A stretch of 64,000 nucleotides of DNA from a virus: positions 3,708 to 67,707 of IMG/VR virus record IMGVR_UViG_3300026209_000002. One strand, written 5' to 3'. The notes under the pieces were generated by a model that was given only the letters and a program-made list of their open reading frames with translations, did no database searches and had not been told where the DNA came from. The position numbers were made by a program, and so were the translations under genes. Shown piece by piece: positions 9,279 through 18,432 of this stretch (positions are counted from its first letter, which is position 1; each line of letters starts with the position of its first letter).

Positions 9279-9649
9279 TGAGATGGTTAGTATTAGTCTT
9301 TTTTGTATCAACATTACTCAGTCAAGTAACACTAAGTGAAGAAGAAGCAAAGAATATAGCAATTAATATACAAGAATTAGAGATTAAATCTGATTCCTTA
9401 AATAAAATTGTAATTCTACAAAATGAGTTGATACTTACTTATAAGGAAAATATTGCACAGGATAGTGTAACAATTTCTGAACAAGACAATAAAATAAAAA
9501 TTTTAGAAGAAGAAACTAAGTTATTAACAAAAAAAGCGAAATTAGTAAAACCAAGTTGGTATGAAAATAAATGGTTATATTTTGGATATGGGGCAGTATT
9601 ATCCTATGCTATCACATCTGTCATTAATCAAATAACCTCAATACTGTAA
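9278..9649 (+). CDS. Signal peptide, coiled-coil and C-terminal TM protein (possible lysis accessory)
   Basis: MRWLVLVFFVSTLLS signal; C-terminal KWLYFGYGAVLSYAI helix. Confidence 0.5.
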   Translation: MRWLVLVFFVSTLLSQVTLSEEEAKNIAINIQELEIKSDSLNKIVILQNELILTYKENIAQDSVTISEQDNKIKILEEETKLLTKKAKLVKPSWYENKWLYFGYGAVLSYAITSVINQITSIL

Positions 9650-11223
9650 TGTCAGATAATAAAAAAGAATTAAAACAAGCAATTCGTACCGAGTTCATGA
9701 AATGTGCTCAAGATCCAGTATATTTTATGAGAAAGTATTGTTATATACAACATCCACAAAAAGGCAAGATGTTATTTGACCTTTTCGATTTTCAAGAAAA
9801 GACTGTACAACAATTTGTAGAAAATGATTATAATGTAATATTGAAAGCTCGACAGCTAGGTATTAGTACATTGACAGCAGGTTATGCATTATGGTTTATG
9901 ACCTTTTATCAAGATAAAAATATCTTGGTAATCGCTACTAAACAAGAGGTAGCAAAAAACTTGGTAACAAAGGTTCGTGTGATGCATGCTAATTTACCTA
10001 CTTGGTTGAAACAGACTTGTATTGAGGATAATAAGTTATCGTTAAGATATAAGAATGGTTCTCAGATAAAAGCAGTAGCAAGTTCAGACGAAGCTGGTCG
10101 TTCAGAGGCATTGTCATTGTTGATACTTGATGAGGCAGCTTTTATTAATAAGATTGATACAATTTGGACAGCTGCATCTCAAACATTGGCGTTAGGTGGA
10201 CGATGTATTGCACTTTCTACACCAAATGGTGTTGGTAATTGGTTTCATAGAACTTGGACTGATGCAGAAGATGGATTGAATAGTTGGAACACGATAAAGT
10301 TACATTGGACAGTACATCCAGATAGAAATAAAGAATGGAGAAAGTCTCAGGATAAATTATTAGGTCCATCTGGAGCAGCTCAAGAATGTGATTGTGATTT
10401 TATTACTTCAGGACAATCTGTAGTAGATGGTCGTATATTAGAAGAATATAAACAAACTATGTGTATTGAACCAATGGAAAAGAGAGGAATAGATAGTAAT
10501 CTTTGGATATGGGAACAACCAAATTATACAAGAGATTATGTATTAGTAGCGGACGTAGCACGTGGAGATTCAACTGATTATTCAGCATTTCATGTATTAG
10601 ATATAGATGATTGTAAACAAGTAGCAGAATATAAAGGTAGAATGTCTACAAGAGATTATGGTAATCTTTTAGTTAATGTCGCTACTGAATATAATAATGC
10701 ATTACTTGTAATTGAGAATAATAATATTGGTTGGGCTACTATACAACAAGCAATAGATAGGGATTATGATAATTTATTCTATATGTCAAAGGATTTATTG
10801 TATGTTGATACTCTTAAACAAGTTAGTAACAAGATTTATAGAGATGAAAAGAAAATGATACCAGGATTTACAATGTCAGCGAAAACAAGACCTCTTGTGG
10901 TATCAAAATTAGAAGAATTTTTTAGAGAAAAGCTAGTAAAAGTATATTCTACTCGTTTAATTGATGAGTTGTTTGTATTTATATATAACGGACAGAGAGC
11001 TGAAGCGTTAACAGGATATAATGATGACCTTGTTATTTCTTTTGGTACAGCTTTATGGATTCGAGAAACCGCATTAAGATTAAGAGCGGAAGGTATAGAA
11101 TTAGCTAAAAAAACAATTAGTGGAATAAATTCACAAGCTATCTACACCCCAAATAATAAGAATGATAGTTGGGAATGGGATGTAGGTGACAAAAAAGAAG
11201 ATTTAACCTGGTTAATTAAGTAG
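9649..11223 (+). CDS. terL: Terminase large subunit (T4 gp17-like)
   Basis: Walker A KARQLGIST, Walker B LILDEAAF, STPNG, and nuclease ADVARG..DYSA and NDDLV. Confidence 0.95.
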   Translation: MSDNKKELKQAIRTEFMKCAQDPVYFMRKYCYIQHPQKGKMLFDLFDFQEKTVQQFVENDYNVILKARQLGISTLTAGYALWFMTFYQDKNILVIATKQEVAKNLVTKVRVMHANLPTWLKQTCIEDNKLSLRYKNGSQIKAVASSDEAGRSEALSLLILDEAAFINKIDTIWTAASQTLALGGRCIALSTPNGVGNWFHRTWTDAEDGLNSWNTIKLHWTVHPDRNKEWRKSQDKLLGPSGAAQECDCDFITSGQSVVDGRILEEYKQTMCIEPMEKRGIDSNLWIWEQPNYTRDYVLVADVARGDSTDYSAFHVLDIDDCKQVAEYKGRMSTRDYGNLLVNVATEYNNALLVIENNNIGWATIQQAIDRDYDNLFYMSKDLLYVDTLKQVSNKIYRDEKKMIPGFTMSAKTRPLVVSKLEEFFREKLVKVYSTRLIDELFVFIYNGQRAEALTGYNDDLVISFGTALWIRETALRLRAEGIELAKKTISGINSQAIYTPNNKNDSWEWDVGDKKEDLTWLIK

Positions 11224-11231
11224 AGGATATA

Positions 11232-13043
11232 ATGGCAGATACAACATTATTTGGAAGATTAAAAAGACTATTTTCATCGAACGTGGTAGTTCGAAATATA
11301 GGTGGTCGTAAATTAAAAGTAGTTGATACTACTAATTCACAACATATAGCTAAACATTCGTTAGTTGATAGGTATACACGATTACATGGGGCTAACACCT
11401 ATGGTGGATATGGTGATGCTGATATGGCGAAAGCCACCAGACTTGGGTTGTTTAAAGATTATGAAACAATGGACGCAGATTCAATTATAGCATCTGCTCT
11501 TGATGTTTACGCTGATGAATCAACAATGAAATCTGAATATGGTGAAGTTTTAGCTATACATACAGATAACGATAATATAAAACAAATATTAACTAATTTA
11601 TTTTATGATGTGTTAAATATTGAATTTAATTTATGGTCGTGGATTAGAAATATGTGTAAGTATGGAGATTTTTTCTTACATTTAGATATACATCCTAAAT
11701 ATGGTATTCATCACGTTACACCATTGTCAGTTTATGATACTTCTCGAATAGAAGGATTAGATGAAGAAAATCCAGAATATGTTAAATTTATGTTAGAAAC
11801 AATGAGTTCTTCAGGACAAATGGCTCGACACTCTGGACAGAAAAAAGAATATGAGAATTTTGAGGTAGCACACTTTAGATTACTTTCTGATTCAAATTAT
11901 CTTCCTTATGGTAAGTCTATGATTGAAGGTGGTAGAAAGACTTGGAAACAATTATCTCTTATGGAAGATGCTATGTTGATTCATAGAATTATGAGAGCTC
12001 CAGAAAAAAGAATATTTCAAATTGATATTGGAAACATTCCACCAGCGGAAGTAGACCAATATATGCAACAGATAATTAATAAAATGAAAAAAGCTCCTGT
12101 AGTAGATGAATCTACAGGTGATTATAATTTAAAATATAATATGCAGAATATTACTGAAGATTTCTTCTTACCAGTTCGTGGTGGCGATAGTGGAACGAGA
12201 ATTGAAACTACACCTGGATTAACTTATGAAGCCATTGATGATATTGATTATTTAAAAAATAAATTAGTAGCTTCTCTTAGAGTACCAAGAACTTTCTTAG
12301 GATTTGAAGAAGGTGTTGGTGAGAGAGCATCATTAGCGGCACAAGATGTAAGATTTGCGAGAACTATCGAAAGAATACAGAGAATTACTGTTAGTGAATT
12401 AACTAAGATAGCTATAGTTCATTTATACGCACAAGGGTTTACAGATGAAGAATTGGTTAATTTTGATTTAACACTTACAAACCCATCTACGATTTATGAA
12501 ACTGAAAAAGTTAATCTTTGGAATGAGAAAGCAACACTTGCTTCACAAATAATGCAAGAAGGAATTCTTTCTACAGATTGGGTATATAGAAATGTATTTA
12601 ATTTCTCAAGTGAAGAAATAAAAGACCAAAGAAATAAAATTATATGGGATACTAAACAAAGATTCCGTCGCACACAGATAGAGGATGAAGGAAATGACCC
12701 TGCAGCGAGTGGTGAAGCACAAGGAACACCTTCAGATATGGCATCTGGTAGGACTGGACATGAGTTAGATGACAAAGGTGGAGCTCCAGAAGGTGGATTT
12801 GATGGAGCTGGTAGACCAAAAGAGGGTGGAAAATACGGAAAAGACAGTGGAGCGAGAGGTAGAGACCCACTTGGAGCACATAAAATGAGGAAAGATGGCT
12901 CTGCAAACCTTAAATATGGTAAAAAATTAGCGTTAGCACACGTTGAAAAATTAAAAAATAACTTAATTAATAATAATGATTACAAATTGATTAATGAATC
13001 CGAAGAGATTGAAAAAGAATATAAGGATGAAGTAGATAAATAA
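11232..13043 (+). CDS. Portal protein (T4 gp20-like)
   Basis: KYGDFF, QLSLMEDAMLIHRIMRAPEKRIF.ID.GN, EDFFLP.RGG..GT.I.T.PG; follows the terminase. Confidence 0.95.
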   Translation: MADTTLFGRLKRLFSSNVVVRNIGGRKLKVVDTTNSQHIAKHSLVDRYTRLHGANTYGGYGDADMAKATRLGLFKDYETMDADSIIASALDVYADESTMKSEYGEVLAIHTDNDNIKQILTNLFYDVLNIEFNLWSWIRNMCKYGDFFLHLDIHPKYGIHHVTPLSVYDTSRIEGLDEENPEYVKFMLETMSSSGQMARHSGQKKEYENFEVAHFRLLSDSNYLPYGKSMIEGGRKTWKQLSLMEDAMLIHRIMRAPEKRIFQIDIGNIPPAEVDQYMQQIINKMKKAPVVDESTGDYNLKYNMQNITEDFFLPVRGGDSGTRIETTPGLTYEAIDDIDYLKNKLVASLRVPRTFLGFEEGVGERASLAAQDVRFARTIERIQRITVSELTKIAIVHLYAQGFTDEELVNFDLTLTNPSTIYETEKVNLWNEKATLASQIMQEGILSTDWVYRNVFNFSSEEIKDQRNKIIWDTKQRFRRTQIEDEGNDPAASGEAQGTPSDMASGRTGHELDDKGGAPEGGFDGAGRPKEGGKYGKDSGARGRDPLGAHKMRKDGSANLKYGKKLALAHVEKLKNNLINNNDYKLINESEEIEKEYKDEVDK

Positions 13044-13072
13044 TAACATTTACAAGTTTTTTTGTAAGTTTT

Positions 13073-13080
13073 ATATTTAT
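13073..13080 (+). promoter_or_regulatory. Putative promoter element ATATTTAT
   Basis: Intergenic exact motif upstream of the head-assembly genes. Confidence 0.6.
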
Positions 13081-13108
13081 ATATAACGTAAATACATTGG
13101 AGTGATTC

Positions 13109-13990
13109 ATGTCAAAAAAAGTTAGGCACGCGAAGCTTAAAAATACGGGTGTATTATTTGAAGTATTGACCCGTCAAGTAACAGCGGACATTATTAGTAA
13201 TAGAAATTCTAATGCTGTTAATGTCATTAAAGAGTTTTTTAATAAAGATAAAGAACTTGGTAAAGAATTAGAATTATATAATATTCTAACAAATGAAACA
13301 TATAACACAACAGAGAAAGCTACTAAGTTAGTAGAGGCAGTTGTGAAGTCTCGTCAGAAGCTAGCAAATTCTATATTAAGACGAGAAAAATATAATTTAA
13401 TTAAAGAGATTAAAAACAATTATGATGTTAATGAATTGTTTGCAACTCGTATTCCAAATTATAAAAGATTAGCTTCAATTTATAAATTGTTTGAACATGA
13501 AGCAACAGATAAAACTCTTGTACCAAATGAGTATGTAGATGTTCATTCTTATCTAGTAGAATGTATATCCTCAAGTAAAGTTGTTAAAAAAGAAACTGCA
13601 ACTGGTGTAATTGGTGAGGATAAAGATGTTCGTCTGTTAGCATATACTCTAATGATAGAAAAATTTAATAAAAAGTATTCTACTTTAAATGAAAGACAGA
13701 AACGTGTATTGAAAAATTATATTAATAATGTTTCTAATACAAATAATTTACATGAATATGTTTCTGGTGAAGTAACTGAAATAAAAAAAGAATTGACAAC
13801 TTTGTTACCAGATATTGATGATGAAGTTACAAAGATAAAGTTATCTGAAGTTATTAAACAAGCAGATACAATAGTTAGTAAGAAAACAATTAGTGAAGAG
13901 AATCTTACTAAGTTGATGCGGTACTATGAACTCATACAGGAAATAAAGAATGTCCATAAGCGAAAGTCAACTAAGACAATTAATTCGTAA
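13109..13990 (+). CDS. Helical head-module protein, function unknown
   Basis: Lies between portal and protease; HAKLKNTGVLFEVL N-terminus; GGAG SD. Confidence 0.7.
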   Translation: MSKKVRHAKLKNTGVLFEVLTRQVTADIISNRNSNAVNVIKEFFNKDKELGKELELYNILTNETYNTTEKATKLVEAVVKSRQKLANSILRREKYNLIKEIKNNYDVNELFATRIPNYKRLASIYKLFEHEATDKTLVPNEYVDVHSYLVECISSSKVVKKETATGVIGEDKDVRLLAYTLMIEKFNKKYSTLNERQKRVLKNYINNVSNTNNLHEYVSGEVTEIKKELTTLLPDIDDEVTKIKLSEVIKQADTIVSKKTISEENLTKLMRYYELIQEIKNVHKRKSTKTINS

Positions 13991-14570
13991 GTTAGTAGGA
14001 GAAGTCTTAAAAGAATTAGATGAGGCTTCTGTTACAGGTAACGTACCTGGGTATAATACACCTAATGCTTTTACGAAAAAATCAGATGTTAAAAAGAAAA
14101 AGAAACATATGGCAGATTTAATTGGGTTCACTTTAGCAGAGGCAGCTAAGACGAAAAAATTTTTACTTGTAGTACCTAAAAATATTTATGGTGGTGTTAG
14201 AGCGGTATTTGATTCTAAAGCAGCAGCACAACGATATATGGAAGACAATATACCATCCGAAGCTTGGAAACATGTTAGTATAAAACCAACAATGTTACCA
14301 GTAGTACATCCAGCCGAATCTGTAACTGAAGGTAAATACCACGATTACAGAAATGATGAGTCTTTATCACCTAAACAAAAAATTGGACAATCTATTCGAG
14401 AAATTAGAGATAGGTTGAATGAATTGGATAAAAGTATTAAAATGAATGTTCGTTTGAAAAATGAATTGGGAGTAGATTCTCGACAGTATTGGAAACGAAC
14501 CAAAGGAGCTTTAACCAAAATAAGTGAAAGATTAGTTAAGATGGCTAAACGTGTAGGGGAGATGTATTAA
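13950..14570 (+). CDS. Putative internal/core head protein with an internal cassette bounded by LAE and ESVTE
   Basis: Leader ISESQLRQLIRKLV..ELDE; linker GAATCTGTAACTGAA at 14316-14330. Confidence 0.65.
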   Translation: MSISESQLRQLIRKLVGEVLKELDEASVTGNVPGYNTPNAFTKKSDVKKKKKHMADLIGFTLAEAAKTKKFLLVVPKNIYGGVRAVFDSKAAAQRYMEDNIPSEAWKHVSIKPTMLPVVHPAESVTEGKYHDYRNDESLSPKQKIGQSIREIRDRLNELDKSIKMNVRLKNELGVDSRQYWKRTKGALTKISERLVKMAKRVGEMY

Positions 14571-14821
14571 TGTCCGTTAGTTTGAAGGAGTTTCTTGAGG
14601 CCTCAGATCCAGATATTTTAACAGAGGCTACCAATTATAAAAAACTGGTTAAGAATATAGAACAAGCTGAGTCACGATTTCGTTTAACTATGTGGGACTT
14701 GGTACAAGCATTATCTAAGGAATTTGATAGTACACAAGCTAATAAAGTATCAAGGTCATATAAACAGTACGTAACAAGGTTTATGATGGACTTAATGAAA
14801 TTAATGAAAAGGATGAAGTAA
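14570..14821 (+). CDS. Small hypothetical head-module protein
   Basis: Coupled by TAATG overlaps on both sides; MSVSLKEFLE leader. Confidence 0.65.
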   Translation: MSVSLKEFLEASDPDILTEATNYKKLVKNIEQAESRFRLTMWDLVQALSKEFDSTQANKVSRSYKQYVTRFMMDLMKLMKRMK

Positions 14822-15453
14822 TGAAACAACTTATAGTAGATTATTTACCATTCGAAATACAACCTGAACAAATTAATGAATCCATGAAACAAAACAATGG
14901 TAAATTAATTGTTAAAGGTGTATTACAAAGAGCAGAAGCTAAAAATCAAAATGGTAGAGTATATCCAAAAGAGATTCTTATGAGAGAATCAAAAAAGTAT
15001 GCTGAAAATTTTATTGATGAGAAAAGAGCAATGGGTGAATTAGACCATCCAGAGAGTTCAGTAGTTAATCTACAAAATGTATCTCATAATGTAACTGAAA
15101 TGCATTGGAATGGTGATGATTTGTATGGAACAGTTGAAGTTTTAGGAACACCAAGTGGTAATATTTTAAAAGAGTTGTTTAAATCAGGTATTAAGTTAGG
15201 AATTAGTTCTCGTGGTATGGGTTCAGTAGAAGCTATTGATGAAGCTGAAGATGCCGCACAACCAGATACAATGGAAGTACAACCTGATTTTGAACTTATT
15301 GCATTCGATTTCGTATCTAATCCATCTACTCAAGGAGCTTTTATGTATCCAATGTCTGAGGGTGTTGATAGAACAACTAAAACACAAGGTAGAACTTGTG
15401 GTGATTATTGTAAAACAGAACATGTTATCAATAAAATAATGAGGAACGAATAA
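14821..15453 (+). CDS. Prohead protease (T4 gp21-like)
   Basis: NQNGRVYP, GELDHP, SH, GISSRGMGS, FDFVSNPS..GA. Confidence 0.95.
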   Translation: MKQLIVDYLPFEIQPEQINESMKQNNGKLIVKGVLQRAEAKNQNGRVYPKEILMRESKKYAENFIDEKRAMGELDHPESSVVNLQNVSHNVTEMHWNGDDLYGTVEVLGTPSGNILKELFKSGIKLGISSRGMGSVEAIDEAEDAAQPDTMEVQPDFELIAFDFVSNPSTQGAFMYPMSEGVDRTTKTQGRTCGDYCKTEHVINKIMRNE

Positions 15454-15752
15454 TGATTAAATTAAAAAATTTAGTAGAGCGTAGAGGTTCTGTACAAAAA
15501 TATTCATATAAAGTCATTGAACCAATTAAAAGAGATTGGGTAAAACAATACAGAAAGATGAATGAAAGTTGGATGAGAAAAAATATGAAAAAAATCAGAG
15601 ATTATGCTTCTAAAGAACACGGTAAGGATATTTCTTTTACTGGTAAAGGACAAGAAGATTTTCAAAAAGTTTACAATCCCTGGTTAAAGGCCTGCAAAGA
15701 CTTTGAACTTTGGTTAGACCAATTACAATCAATTCCATTAGAGGATAAATAA
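15453..15752 (+). CDS. Putative internal head protein (MIKLKNLVE leader)
   Basis: Leader matches those at 320 and 51101. Confidence 0.6.
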   Translation: MIKLKNLVERRGSVQKYSYKVIEPIKRDWVKQYRKMNESWMRKNMKKIRDYASKEHGKDISFTGKGQEDFQKVYNPWLKACKDFELWLDQLQSIPLEDK

Positions 15753-15756
15753 TCAT

Positions 15757-16131
15757 ATGTCTAACATTGAAAATAAGAATGAGTGGGAAAGAAAATTTCG
15801 TCAATACATGATAGCTAAACATGATGGAGATGAACTTAACGAGATGACAGTACATAATATGGCGTATAGTTCACCAGAAGCAGCTAAAGAAGCAGCTGCC
15901 GCTACTAAGAAATTATCTGATGAGTTGGGTAAAGTTTCACAAAAAATAATTAAATCTATGATAAACGATATCAAAGGACATAAGTATAGTCCGTTAGATT
16001 TAATGAGGTCATTTAAAGAAGGTAGTGTGAGAGATTCACATGCGTATGAAAAAGATTTTTTAACAAGCCTATGGCATAGAGCTTCAAATAGATTTAGAAA
16101 GTATATGCCTAAAGGTAAAATGTCATTTTAG
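15757..16131 (+). CDS. Hypothetical head-module protein
   Basis: GAGG SD; LNE site near the N-terminus. Confidence 0.65.
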   Translation: MSNIENKNEWERKFRQYMIAKHDGDELNEMTVHNMAYSSPEAAKEAAAATKKLSDELGKVSQKIIKSMINDIKGHKYSPLDLMRSFKEGSVRDSHAYEKDFLTSLWHRASNRFRKYMPKGKMSF

Positions 16132-16141
16132 GAGAGTTAAA

Positions 16142-16783
16142 ATGAAAAAAGACAAGAGAATAAAATTATCCGAATGGATTATGGCAGGTGGATTTGTTAA
16201 CAAACCATCTATGGTAGACATGGATATGTTTAGAACAAAAATTAAACCAAACCAAGAGAAACAAATTAAATTATCTTCTCTAATAGATGAGAAGTTTGGT
16301 AGACGGACTGAAGAGAAGATTGATGAGGGTGAATTTTTTGAATCATTAGCTAAATTTGGTCATTTAGGTAAAGCTATTTATCGTGAAGATGATTTGACAA
16401 GTGTAGCAGAAGCATTATCTTTTATAGCGAAGGCTTCTCGTCAACATGCTTTACAAGAAACAGAAGAATGGTTTGATAAGATTACAGTAAATCGTAATAT
16501 GAAAGAATTGAATACACTCTCCGATTCATTTCGAAAGATTTCTACTGAAGCACAAGCCCTTCAAGAAAGAATGACTGCATTGTATGAAGATATGGGACAC
16601 ATTCTTGGTAGATATTATGATTTAGATGAAGCTTTAGATAAGGTAGACCCAAGTAAAGTAGAACCTGAAGATGATTTTGAAGATAGAGAAGATAAAGATA
16701 TAGATAATGATGGTGATACAGATGATTCTGATGAGTATTTACATAAAAAAAGACAAGCTATTACTAAAGCAATGGGGAAATAA
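16142..16783 (+). CDS. Head-module protein with C-terminal DxDxDG acidic (Ca-binding-like) module
   Basis: LYEDMGHILGRYY, then LDE and DKDIDNDGDTDDSDEYL. Confidence 0.7.
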   Translation: MKKDKRIKLSEWIMAGGFVNKPSMVDMDMFRTKIKPNQEKQIKLSSLIDEKFGRRTEEKIDEGEFFESLAKFGHLGKAIYREDDLTSVAEALSFIAKASRQHALQETEEWFDKITVNRNMKELNTLSDSFRKISTEAQALQERMTALYEDMGHILGRYYDLDEALDKVDPSKVEPEDDFEDREDKDIDNDGDTDDSDEYLHKKRQAITKAMGK

Positions 16784-16794
16784 AAGAGGCACAT

Positions 16795-16995
16795 TTGATA
16801 GAAATAAAAGTTAGAAATAACAACGTAGAAAAGGCTATAAGACAACTTAAAAAACAAATTAAGGAAACTGGCATTCTATGGGAACTTTCTGAACGAAGGT
16901 TTTATACTAAGCCAAGTGCGATAAAAAGACAGAAAAATCTTAAAGCTCAGCTTAGAAATAAGAAAAAACAGCAAGAAATAGACAAAAATTACTAA
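16795..16995 (+). CDS. rpsU: Phage-encoded 30S ribosomal protein bS21
   Basis: 66 aa, IKVRNNNVEKAIRQLKKQ...GILWELSERRFYTKPSAIKR, which fits the bS21 pattern E.ALR.FK....G...E...R..Y.KPS..R. TTG start with GAGG SD. Confidence 0.9.
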   Translation: MIEIKVRNNNVEKAIRQLKKQIKETGILWELSERRFYTKPSAIKRQKNLKAQLRNKKKQQEIDKNY

Positions 16996-17033
16996 ATTTT
17001 TCATAAAATATTAGGTTTTTTATATTATATCTT

Positions 17034-17041
17034 ATATTTAT
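17034..17041 (+). promoter_or_regulatory. Putative promoter element ATATTTAT for the scaffold-capsid operon
   Basis: Intergenic exact motif. Confidence 0.65.
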
Positions 17042-17052
17042 GTTAAACTAAA

Positions 17053-17146
17053 TACACTATGGGGACATTCGTCCTATATCATATAGTGTACCGAATTGAT
17101 TAATTTATTATTGTTACTAATAACAATATTGAATCCTTTTTTTGGA
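17053..17146 (+). promoter_or_regulatory. Structured 5' leader of the scaffold/capsid mRNA
   Basis: TACACTAT/ATAGTGTA stem enclosing GGAC-ATTC-GTCC; TATTGTTA-CTAA-TAACAATA hairpin; a weak TCC/GGA stem over the SD. Confidence 0.5.
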
Positions 17147-17155
17147 GAAAATAAA

Positions 17156-18412
17156 ATGGATGACTTATTAAAAGAAGCCATCGCAGATGCAAAAGCAGTT
17201 CGTGAAACTGCACTCCAGAACGCAAAAATGGCACTCGAAGAGGCCTTCACACCACGTTTGAAATCTATGTTATCTAAGAAGATTCAAGCTGAAATGGAAG
17301 ATGAATCTTCAGAAGATAATTCTGAAGTTGAAGATGAAGTTTCAGATGAAGAATCTGATGACGTTGAAGCAGAATCAACAGAAGCTGAAGCTGAAGCAGT
17401 AGTCGCTGAACAAGACGATGAAGAAGAAGAAGAAGTTGAAGATGAACCAGCTGTAACAGATGATATGGCAGAAGAAGATGACGAGGAAGCTCCTGAAGCT
17501 GAAGAAGAACCAGAAATGGATTTTTCTGATGAAGAAGAAGTAGTCGGTACAGTAGATGTTGGCGCAGAAGATGGCGAAGAAGATGCAGACGAAGCACCAG
17601 CAGCAGATGAGGACGAAGTTGAAGTAGAAGCAGAACCTGAAGATGAAGAATCTGAAGAAGAAGCTGAAGAAGATGAACTTGACCTTGAAGCTGTACTCCG
17701 TGAACTTGAAGAAGAACTCAACGAAGCAGACGAAGAAGATGAAGAAACTGAAGAAGAAGATCCAGTAACAGATGAATCTAAAGAAGAATCTACAGAAAAA
17801 GCTCCAGTAGCTGAAGCTGAAGATACTACTGAAGATGAAACTGAAGCTGATGATGAAGAAGAAGCTAAAGAAGAAGAAGCTGAAGAAGCTGAATCTACTG
17901 AAGCTGAAGCTGAAGTTGTTTCTGAAGAAACTGAAGAAGTTGATGAAGAAATAGATCTTGAAGAAGTAATCAAAGCACTTCGTGAAACTGATGATGTTGA
18001 TGAATCTAAAGAAGCGTTCGAAACGAAAATAGCTGGTCTTGAAAAAGATATAGCTGAGCATCGTGATGTCGTACAAATGCTTCGTTCTAAATTGAACGAA
18101 GTCAACCTACTTAATTCTAAGTTATTGTTTACCAACAAACTTTTCCGTGCGTATGGTTTAAACAATGAACAGAAGATGAAAGTAGTTGAAACATTTGATA
18201 GAGCAAAGAACCTTAGAGAAGTTAAGTTGGTATTTACAACTATGGCTGAATCTTTTGGAACAAAAACCTCTACAGATACAATTAAAGAATCAACGAGAAA
18301 AGGCACTGCTTCTAAAGCTGTTGCTTCTACAAAATCTGAAAAGCAAGAAGAAATAATTTCTGAAGGCTCAGATGTAAAAGCACGTTTCCAGAAGTTAGCC
18401 AACATTCTCTAA
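17156..18412 (+). CDS. Prohead core scaffolding protein (T4 gp22-like role), highly acidic
   Basis: Starts MDDLLKEAIADAKAVRETA after a GGAGA SD; long D/E-rich middle; immediately precedes the capsid gene. Confidence 0.8.
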   Translation: MDDLLKEAIADAKAVRETALQNAKMALEEAFTPRLKSMLSKKIQAEMEDESSEDNSEVEDEVSDEESDDVEAESTEAEAEAVVAEQDDEEEEEVEDEPAVTDDMAEEDDEEAPEAEEEPEMDFSDEEEVVGTVDVGAEDGEEDADEAPAADEDEVEVEAEPEDEESEEEAEEDELDLEAVLRELEEELNEADEEDEETEEEDPVTDESKEESTEKAPVAEAEDTTEDETEADDEEEAKEEEAEEAESTEAEAEVVSEETEEVDEEIDLEEVIKALRETDDVDESKEAFETKIAGLEKDIAEHRDVVQMLRSKLNEVNLLNSKLLFTNKLFRAYGLNNEQKMKVVETFDRAKNLREVKLVFTTMAESFGTKTSTDTIKESTRKGTASKAVASTKSEKQEEIISEGSDVKARFQKLANIL

Positions 18413-18432
18413 TCTTATTAAGGAGATAAGGT

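Noticed and set aside
17274-18405. Long minus-strand ORFs (373, 233 and 107 aa) opposite the scaffold gene
   Set aside because: These are shadows of GAA/GAT/GCT-rich acidic coding. Their products are low-complexity poly-Ser or poly-Phe.
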